DNA of 64,000 nucleotides from Octopus vulgaris. Its lineage: Eukaryota. The stretch is from assembly GCA_951406725.2 (NCBI GenBank), contig OX597826.1:31248001-31312000 (forward strand), in the 5' to 3' direction. The notes beneath the pieces are model-generated. The model saw only the letters and a list, made by a program, of their open reading frames with translations. It did no database searches and had not been told where the DNA came from. The position numbers and the translations under genes were made by a program. Below, in pieces: positions 54,749-64,000 of this stretch. Every line of letters starts with the position of its first letter. Position 1 is the first letter of the stretch.

Positions 54749-54811
54749 TAAACAGACAGACAGATAAACAGACAGATAAACAGACTGACAGAAAGACAGA
54801 CAGACAGAAAG

Positions 54812-54878
<67 letters not shown>

Positions 54879-55640
54879 TAAACAGACAGACAGAAAGACA
54901 GATTAAAATAGAGAAATAAGAAAACAGTGAGAAATATTAATATGTGATGAGGGGATATTATTATTAGTGTTTTTTATTGATTTCATTTCCGTATTATTGA
55001 ATCTTTTGCTATTTCTGTTCCGATTAAAGTCTAAAAATTCCAGTGAAATAATTTTAGATCAGTTTCATTGTATGAAATCAATAATTAATCTAATTTATCC
55101 AGTGGAATTTTTACTTTTTTTAACGAAAAAGTAAACTTGAATTATCCAAAATAGATTGTGGATTTAAAAAAAAAATATATTGACCGTGAAAATGATGATG
55201 ATGATGGTGACGATGGTGACGATGGTGATGTTGATGGTGATGATGGTGGTAATGGCGATAACGAGTGTGCCTGCACGCGCGCTCAGACACATATACACTC
55301 ACATGCGGGGACACACACACACTCATTTAATCTGCAGTTACTAAAAATATTTCTATGCTAAAATTCTTGCCACGGTGGTGGTCGTTGTTGTTGTTGCTGC
55401 CTGCTACTGCTGTTGATGCTGCTAATGATGCTGACGACGGCGACGACGACGACGATGACAATTAAGATGACGACGACGACGACGACAATGATAATGATGA
55501 TGATGATAATGATGACGACGACAGCGACGGTGACGATGATGATTATGATGACACCGATGACAATGATGATGATGATGAAGATGACGACGACGATGACGAC
55601 AGCAACGATGATAATGATGGCAATGATAATGATGATTTTT
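54620..55640. repeat. (GACA)n/(GATA)n/(GA)n and (GAT/GAC)n microsatellites
   Basis: Read directly; explains the poly-Met/Thr, poly-Asp and poly-His ORFs. Confidence 0.95.
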
Positions 55641-56061
55641 ATTTTTGCTCTATTTGTTTATTTGTTTTCATTTTCTATTTTTGAAATTTATTTGCTCCTT
55701 CAAAAACATTTCTAAGTTAATTGTGCTGGAAAAAAAAAATTTTTTCCGAAGTTTCCATTGACTAACGTTGTAAGCGACCTTAACCAGGTGAATGATCCGC
55801 AGACGACGGACATTCGCTTATAACAGTCTCTCGTATTATCAGTTAGTTTCGCCTGGTATATTAAGATTAAAGGTGACAAAATCTTTCGACCCTGGAGTTG
55901 TGAGTTCGAATAGCCTCATGGGTTGTTCTTTATATGCACCTTGAAAACCTCGCTTACCTTACTTACCTGATAATCTAGGAAACTGTTGTTAAATAAAAAC
56001 GTTTTGAGAATGTTATTATTTAGCAACAGATCGCCCCTTTTCATTATGACCTTCGGGCTTC

Positions 56062-56160
56062 AGATCTTTTCGCTTTGACCGGCACCATTATACGAAGTTT
56101 AAAAGTGTTTAGTTACAAAGAAATTATTTTAAAAATCTGCCCGTCAAAGCGAAAAGATCC
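56062..56160 (+). mobile_element. Internally deleted relative of the same MITE
   Basis: GATCTTTTCGCTTTGAC...GTCAAAGCGAAAAGATC ends plus shared internal TATACGAAGTTTAAAAGTGTTTAGTTAC. Confidence 0.7.
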
Positions 56161-56652
56161 TCTAATGTGTCTTGCTATTTTTCAAGATAGTCGAGTATAA
56201 TTTTACAGAGGTTTAGCTGCTATTTCTAGCGGATCCAGGATGCCTCATAACATGATTAAAAGACGTGAGACCACCGTTTCAAATGTGGGTTGGACAGAGA
56301 GTTGCAAAAAGATGGGACGGACATTTTGCTGTTTTATAAAATTCAAATGTTTTTAAACTTATTCAAACAGTATGGCAAAGAAAGAAAAATTTTATGGATG
56401 TTTAATCATTGATAAGGTAGACAATGATGGAGTACATAAAAATGTTCATTAAAATTTTTTTTATAAGGGAGGATTCGTTGGTATAGTATCAGAAAAATTT
56501 CACCATTTTAAGTTTGCGAAAAAAATGTTTCATTTTATTTAAATACTGCACGCGTGGCTGTATATGAAGTTTGCTTCTCAACCACTTCGGTTTGGGTTCA
56601 GTCCCACTGCGTGGTACCTAAGGCCGCTATCTTCTACTATAGCTCCAAGTGC

Positions 56653-57015
56653 AGGCGCAGGAGTGGCTGTGTGGTAAGTAGCTTGTTTACCAACCACATG
56701 GTTCCGAGTTCAGTCCCACTGCGTGGCACCTTGGGCAAGTGTCTTCTACTATAGCCTCGGGCCGACCAAAGCCTTTTGAGTGGATTTGGTAGACGGAAAC
56801 TGAAAGAAGCCCGTCGTATATATGTATGCGTGTGTGTGTTTGTCCCCCTAGCATTGCTTGACAACCGATGCTGGTATGTTTATGTCCCCGTTACTTAGCG
56901 GTTCGGCAAAGAGACCGATAGAATAAGTACTGGGCTTACAAAGGAATAAGTCCCGGGGTCGAGTTGCTCGATTAAAGGCGGTGCTCCAGCATGACTGAAA
57001 CAAGTAAAAGAGTAA
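56653..57015 (+). mobile_element. Full-length tRNA-derived CORE-like SINE (family A, probably octopus OR-type)
   Basis: A-box-like TGGCTGTGTGG, B-box-like GAGTTCAGTCC, CORE-like CCTTGGGCAAGT, internal (TG)n and tail ...GACTGAAACAAGTAAAAG. Further copies near 310-600(+), 43545-43700(-), 52800-52980(-), 54065-54220(-) and 63625-63935(+). Confidence 0.85.
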
Positions 57016-57531
57016 GTTCACCAAAGCCTTCAGAGTAGATCTGGTCGACGTAAACTGAAATTCCATCCACCAGCGTAACGAGTGTGTGCTGCCCGTGGCG
57101 GTCATTCCGTTTGCCGCCTCCGGCCCCCATGAAAAACACATTGCCTACAGTAATAACCTACAACAGGATGAAAAGTGCCGCCCCTACCGCCTCCCCCTCC
57201 TCCAGTTTCGCTAGTGATTCCATCATATATTAATGTGTGTGTACCTGTCATCCACCACCGCTTGACGACGCGACGTTGGTTCGTTTACGTCCCCGTAAAA
57301 GCGGTTCTGCAAAATAGATCGATAGAATAAGTACTAGGCTTACAAGAATGATAAGTGCTGGGGTCGATTTGTTCGACTAACCCCTTCAAGGTGGTGCTGC
57401 AGTACTATGACTGAAACAAATAAAAGTTAAAACGTAATAATACTTTTTTTTTTTTAGTCAAAGTGTATTCCCACCTCCCGAACTAAATACATACATACAA
57501 TGTCTTAAAAAGAAGGGAAAAGTACACATAG

Positions 57532-57754
57532 ATACGAGGAAATGCTGAAAAGTTTCTGGCTTTGGGTAAAAGAAAATACAGGAGGATCAGTTAATTATAA
57601 TTTTATTCCACATATTCCCCTCTCAGATTCACACACATTATTACAGCGGTCTTCAGTTTTTCTAAGCCCTGTAAAAGACCTTGGCAGGTTGAAACTGCAG
57701 CCCGGCTTTTCGCGACGCTCTTAAATCCAAGGGTTTTTCATCACCTCCTTGTAT
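57532..57754. mobile_element. Mariner-like MITE
   Basis: TA-CGAGG..TGCTGAAAAGTT left end and degenerate inverted TTTTTCATCACCTCCTTG-TA right end. Confidence 0.55.
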
Positions 57755-58523
57755 AGCGTGCGTGCTTTCCACTTTTCTTTTAAAGACAATGTGATGTCAC
57801 ATAGCTTAATGGTTAAGGTGTTGAGTTTATGATCACCAGGTCGGGGGTCCAATTCACAATGTATGTTTTAGTATGAAAGCATTTCATTTCAAATTCAAGA
57901 ATCAAAGGTCCTTCAAAGGCTCGTAAGGCCGACTTCCTGTATTTTGTGGTGCATTTATATTTCCGTGGATGGAACACCGGTCCATCGCAAGATTATTCAT
58001 TTTTGTCAGCTGAGTGGACTGGGGTTTTGCTCGAAAACACAACGCATCCAGGAATCGAAATCACAATCTTACGATCTTGGGTGCAATGCCCTAACCACTA
58101 AGCCACGCGCCTCCACATTGCTTCATTCAACTCAGCTGAAAATTAGTACCAGCCGACTGTTGATGCAGCTTTCTCTCCCTCCGTCATACCTTCAATGTTC
58201 CGCAGGGTTAAAGGGTGGAAGAGCCGAGAGAGTGTCTCTGCCTCCTCGCAAATTCATTGACACCTAAAACAATTAGCAAAAACGTGGCACAATCTGTTAA
58301 GTCGAACCCGTTTGTAAGTAACGATTAAGCTTTCTTTTTTTTCTTTTGGTATCATTTGACTGCTATTTCTAACAGATTGAGCGACTACAGAGAATCAGCC
58401 TCGTTGCAGAAGTCAGGACTGATGGGAGGAAACAGATAAACCTATAGTATGCGAGCTAATCTTATTTCTTGGCCGAAGCAATTTCATTTCATTTATGTAG
58501 TTTAATACCCCTTAAAAATATAT

Positions 58524-58939
58524 GGATCTTTTCGGTTTGAACGGCAGTTTTTCTAGAGGTGTCATATGAAATTGTCACCCATAATTATGACCCTAGTATC
58601 GATCTATTGCATTTCAATCTGTTTTAGGGTTAGGGTTAGGGGTGGGGGAAGGGTATCTTTTTTTCTTCACAAATGTAAATAAACCCAATCTGTTTCTTAA
58701 ACGAGGGACATATTCATACGGCACAGAATGTTTTCACCTCAATAGACGTCATTGATTGGTTGAAATTGCAGAAATTGAAGAAAAAAAACAACAAATATCT
58801 TACAAACTATAGAATTTTCTCAATAAAGCCAAGAGAAAAAAGATGTTTTATAAACACATTCTACCAGTATACGAAGTTTAAAAGTGTTTAGTTACGTAGA
58901 AATTATTTAAAAAAACTGCCGTTCAAACCGAAAAGATCC
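58524..58939 (+). mobile_element. MITE with GGATCTTTTCGGTTTGAACGGCAG terminal inverted repeats and 8-bp TSD (Merlin-like)
   Basis: Near-perfect TIRs of about 29 bp, TSD AAATATAT on both sides, internal (TTAGGG)3. Confidence 0.88.
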
Positions 58940-59692
58940 AAATATATGACCTTGTAGCGAGGGCTCGCTCTCAAATTCTCCTTCTCAGGACCACGGTCTA
59001 CTATACCGCTAAAAAAGACCTGGTCATTTTGAAAGAATTAATCCTGTCACTATAAAAGACATTAACGCATTCCTGAACTTGACTCCGCTAATCAGTTTTG
59101 GCTGACTTGTTACTGAGAATTTCAAAAGAAGCGTGCGAATTTTCCCACCAACTACCTTGGTCGAAAATTTTAGAAAATTTTACAACTAATGTTTATAATC
59201 TGATTAATTCAACTCCAGACAGAGCCAGTCGAATATTTGTACACATGTATATACATTTCCCCTTTCACTTGCAGTTTACTCCATATTGTGCAGTCATCGA
59301 GAAATTATTGACAAGGATCCTCACTAAAACCTTCACAATTTCCCATTTCTTTTCTTTGTGTCCAAAACATGAAGTTATTCATTCAAATATGGAATTGCAG
59401 ACGATCGTGAATCGATAAGAATTGCGGGTTCGTTTCCTTCCAGTGTGCATAATGAAAACACCTAACTCGTTAATGGTAGGTTCAGCAGCTTAGTACTGTA
59501 AAGCACATGATCTCCTTACATTGAAGTGTTGAGCATTTATCTGAGACGATGGAACGGCTTTGCATTTGAAGTATTCTAGACTTGATCCATCGAGGGAGAC
59601 TGTTCGAGATCTCGACTTTCTAGACAGAGCATCCATATCTTCTTCAAATCTCATCCTATCCTCGAAAATTAAGTAAGACAATGGGAATAATG

Positions 59693-60108
59693 GGATCTTT
59701 TCGGTTTGACCGGCAGTTTTTTAAAATAATTTCCACATAACTAAACACTTATAAACTTCTTATTCTGGTAGAATGTGTTTATAAAACATCTTTTTCTCTT
59801 GGCTTTATTGAGAAAATTCTATAGTTTGCAAGATATTTGTTGTTTTTTTTCTTCAATTTCTGAAATTTCAACCAATCAGTGACGTCTATTGAGGTGAAAA
59901 CATTCTGTGCCGTATGAATATGTCCCTCGTTTAAGAAACAGATTGGGTTTATTTACATTTCTGAAGAAAATAAAAACCCTTTCCCCCACCCCTAACCCTA
60001 ACCCTAAAACAGATTGAAATGCTATAGATTGACACTAGGGTCATAATTATGGGTGACAATTTCATATGATACCGCTAGAAAAAACTGCCGTTCAAACCGA
60101 AAAGATCC
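59693..60108 (-). mobile_element. Second copy of the same MITE, inverted
   Basis: Reverse complement of 58524-58939 with few differences; has its own TSD GAATAATG. Confidence 0.88.
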
Positions 60109-61554
60109 GAATAATGTAGTCCTATGTGTATTTTGCTTAGGTACAGATTATCTTGTCGTGAGAGAAACGTGCTTCGTTGTAGATCTTTTCAAAGTTAACA
60201 GCGTTTTAGATGCAACCTCAAACATCGCTGTTCAATTTATAGATAAAAGTTCAGACATTAACACACTACAAACACTATTAATGGTTGTACATCCTACGTC
60301 CCACTCTTCTATTGTACCACTACGGTTTATGTTCCTCTGAACCTGCATATGGTGTGCATACTCTCCTGCCATAATCCACGACAAAAAGAGACACAATAGG
60401 GTGTAATTTGAAACTTGGATATTTATTCTAAAAGGTCAATCAACGAACACGTATAGGCCTCAACCTTCAGTCATAGAATTATCATTCTTTTCCTTTTCAA
60501 TAAAGAACAAACACCAATGTTCCTAAAAGTACGGTGCGGTTGCAGCTAGAATACCTTTGATCGTAAGGTCATCTCGGCTAGGGTGGATCTAGAGTTATTC
60601 AGCAAAAAGAAAAACTAGACAGCTTTAAAAATTAGACGCTCCAGCCGGATCATTTTTATCGAATAGAACTTTGTGTCAAATAAAGGGGTCAGAAACAGGT
60701 CTAAACAACCGCCACTGTTATCGACTGTCTGCAAACGACGCCTTCATTTGTTGAGTCACGTACTAAAGCCGCATTCTCCAAGTTTAGAAAAATCTAACAG
60801 CTGAATGGAATCCAACAGGCCCGAGAAAGGGAGGATTAACGTCAGAGTCAAAGTACAAACATGCACCTAGTTAAGGATACTAGTTAATATTAGAAGGATA
60901 TTACTAACGCCTGTGTGTGATAAATGACCTAAGCAAGACATCCACTCTACCAGAACACAAATGGCCAAGTTGATAATGTACTTGACAATCTACTGATAAG
61001 GTATGCTACGCGTTTTATACTGTATCCCTGTCACTATGTTGTCTGCAATTAAGACACTTTACTTTTAATGGCCCAATCCATTTACATCTAAACAGGCTTT
61101 GCAGAGTTCAACCCGAAAGACAGCAGTAACACTAAAAAGGAAACTGAGATTTCCTTAGATTTCATCTCCAGATTTCCAAAGATCGTGCTAAATATAACAG
61201 TACCAAACTGTTAAAATCAAAATAAACAAATATTTGTAAATTTTTCTTTCCTTTCTTTTAACTTGCTGTGGGTTTTATTTATATCTCAACATCGTTTGTA
61301 TGGATGCTTGTGTAGCGGGCTGAAAGTGATGTGCCATATCACGTCGATATGATTGATGCAGCCCTTGTAGTATGTAGATGTAACGCTTAAAGGTTCTCGC
61401 GTCGGAGAAACCAGTGAACATCGAAGAATCAACACCAAGAAAGAAGAAATATTATTTACATATATTTATTCGTTTGCCCGACAGGTAGTTAAAAAGACAG
61501 TAGCAATTCTAGTGATAGTGACAAGGTTGGCTCGCTGGTTAGTAGTTGATAGTA

Positions 61555-61770
61555 TCATCATCATCATCATTGTTCGACCGTGGTCGAGACAATGGAATTT
61601 ACCATGCTACGCCAGACTTCACGGTCCATCATAGCATTACGGAGGTCCTGTTGCTGGATGCCTGTATCCCTGGAGATTAAATCAGGGTAGGAGAGTGTGC
61701 GCCCTCTGGTATTGCGAGTAGATGGCTTCCAGAGGAGAAGAGTAGAAATTGCCTCGTTTTCAGCTCTGAT
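61555..61770 (-). mobile_element. RTE-like LINE 3' fragment (second family)
   Basis: LLLWKP...RGRTLSYPDLISRDTG...AMMDREVWRSMV...* followed by a (GAT)n tail. Confidence 0.75.
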
Positions 61771-62978
61771 AGTATAGAAGTTGCCGTCTGTCAGTAGAAA
61801 GTGAAAGAGTAAAGAATGCACGGTGCTGACTAGAAAGGAAAGGATAAAGGTGACATTGTCTTTCTTACGGCCAAAAGCTTCGCTTCGTATGGCGAGCGAA
61901 TGAAGAGGGAAAGTGCTGCTCTTGGGCATGGCTAACGCAAAAGACGGAGTTGTTCCTTGGTCAGGCTGACACAAAAGAGGAAGAGATAGGAAACGCTCTC
62001 TGTTATATAGACTATGATCAGTAATGTAGGTCAAACCCTAAACAAAGGATTAACCTTTTCTTGACCAGCACAGGTCCTTGGGGATTCCTCATCAATCATC
62101 TGGCGTGGAGAGGATATCCAGCTCGTTTTGACAAGCAACATGCGGGTGAATTTGGCTTCAAATCTCAGGCAGGGCTAAGTAAGTTTCCTACACATGCAGT
62201 AAAAATGTCATTTTGTCATGAAATAAAAATTATATTACGTGATATGTCATTGTGTGTGTGTGTGTGTGTGTATCTGTGTGAAGAGCATTAACGCATGAAA
62301 TAACGATAAGAGAAAAAAGTGCAATGACTAAAGATCGAAACCTGGGTGCCGGCTCGATAAAAATGAACGGATATTTTGTTATACCCGCGAATTCCAGTAA
62401 TGCAACAGCGAAAATATACTAAGCAGCAGTTGAATATGATAAAATAAATAGGATTTCATATTTTTTTCTTTTCTTTCCTTTACTCTACCGTGGGTTTCGT
62501 TCATATATTGACATCATTGGATATATGCAGTTAAAATATCAAAATATTATTTGCTCATAAAATAGAAATTATATTATGCGACTTTTATATGTGCATGTGT
62601 TTGTGTGTGTCAGGAGCATTAACGGTATAAATAGAAAAAAAAAAGGGAAAAGAAAACAAAAGAAATAATTGGTAATAACTAGGAATCGAAACCTAGTCAG
62701 CCGGTTCGGAGTACTAAAAAAATCTTAGATTCTGTTCTGTTGCCAGCGTCAGTGGATTCAGAACGAGGCTCGACTTCAAAACACCAAAACGGTGTTTGAG
62801 TTGTTTGTATGTTTCTTTTATCTGCGATTACCACAAAATATCAGCCATTTATTTCAACTATTGACGTTTTATTCACGGAATCCAGGGCTTGAATGTCTTG
62901 TAGGAAGAAAGGATTACTCACTTAATGGGTAAATACTAAACCAAGCTTTGAGAAATCTTCCAATACATATATTTACTT

Positions 62979-63292
62979 ATGGTTACGACTGATCTGTTGG
63001 ACATAATGGAGAGGGGACACGCCTTGAAAGATGCAATTTTGGATGGGGATATAAGCAAAGTGAAAGAGCTATTGGATCTTAAAACCTACGATACAAACGA
63101 ACAGACTAATTCCGGTAAAACGGCCCTGCATCTTGCAGCCATACGTGGGTATTCTGAAATAATCGAACTTCTCCTCAACCATGGTGCCAATCCGAACATA
63201 AAGGACCGTAATGGGAATACTCCGTTGCATTGGTGTGGTCACATAGAAAGCACCGATTTATTGGTGAGCCACGGCGCATCTTTATCTATCAG
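62979..63292 (+). CDS. ANKRD46: Ankyrin repeat domain protein 46-like, first coding exon (gene continues beyond the window)
   Basis: Ankyrin repeats GKTALHLAAIRG and GNTPLHWCGHIESTDLLVSHG. The shortened LHxCGH repeat matches ANKRD46 as recalled (GNTALHLCGHVDTIQFLVSNG). Donor ATC AG|gtagat at 63293. Alternative start at ATG 63006. Confidence 0.82.
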
Positions 63293-64000
63293 GTAGATAT
63301 ATAAAGGAATGGATATTCATTTTACTTTTTCTTCCTTGTTTATTTTATTCTAGATATTTCTTTTCATTTGTTTACATGATCAACTCAGTTAAACACGGAA
63401 GATTACATGAATGAATCCATGCATGTATTTATATGAAAATGTGTGTGTGAGTTTACATGGATGCGCAATTAGCTATAGTAAAGACAGATGATGCATTGAC
63501 CATAAAATGTAATAAACTTTCAGTGGTATATCTGTACCAAATATATTCTTTAAAGAATCAGGCTCTGTTAATCAAACGGAAACGATACTGTGTTTTTATG
63601 TTCATACATGTGTGTGTGTGTGTGCGTGCGGTAAGAAGCTTGCTTCCCAACCACTCAGTCCCGCTGCGTGGCATCTTTGGCAAGTGTCTTCTAATAAAAC
63701 CTTGGGCCAACCAGAGGCTTGTGAATGGATATGTGTGTGTCTTTGTGTCTGTGTTTGTACCCACCACCACTTGGCAACTAATATTGGTAGGTTTACGTCC
63801 CTCTACCTTATTGGTTCGGCAGAATAAGTACCAGGCTTAAAAAAAGTACTGTGGTCTATTCATTCGACTGAAAATTCTGGAAGGGGATGCCCCAGCATGG
63901 CTGCAGTCTAATGACTGAAACTTGTAAAAGATAAAAACAAATAAAATAAAAAGCTCGTCTGTATATATATATATACACATACATGCACATGTATACTTCA

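Noticed and set aside
55120-55715. Poly-His, poly-Asp and poly-Met/Thr ORFs
   Set aside because: They are trinucleotide microsatellites with no splice or homology support.
56653-56725. tRNA-like sequences with A/B boxes
   Set aside because: They are SINE heads continuing into repeat bodies, with no complete cloverleaf.
58624-58642. (TTAGGG)n as evidence of a telomere or chromosome fusion site
   Set aside because: Only three units, internal to a MITE and present in both copies.

Overview
Eukaryotic, AT-rich, repeat-dense genomic DNA. The SINE, LINE and microsatellite content suggests an octopus (coleoid cephalopod) genome; this is an inference from repeat families. Two protein-coding genes lie in divergent orientation. 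The first is a complete 7-exon TMEM185 (TMEM185A/B-like) gene on the minus strand, CDS 50760->13970, 1032 nt, 343 aa, all introns GT-AG and phase-compatible; exons 4 and 6 are missing from the ORF track and exon 1 shows only as an antisense ORF. The second is the first coding exon of an ANKRD46-like ankyrin gene on the plus strand (62979-63292). The rest is tRNA-derived SINEs (at least 3 families), fragments of RTE, CR1, R4/Dong and Gypsy retroelements, MITE-like DNA elements and large microsatellites. Nearly all other listed ORFs are spurious. No wholly new protein system could be supported. The best leads are two Penelope-type hammerhead ribozyme motifs near 53 kb, a candidate in-frame 45-nt cassette exon in TMEM185 intron 3, a co-oriented head-to-tail SINE chain built on (AAT)n repeats that also holds an R4/Dong insertion, an inverted pair of telomere-repeat-carrying MITEs with 8-bp target site duplications (TSDs), and a CpG-decay domain running about 13 kb past the TMEM185 stop codon. 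Family names and homologue comparisons are from memory; no database searches were run.
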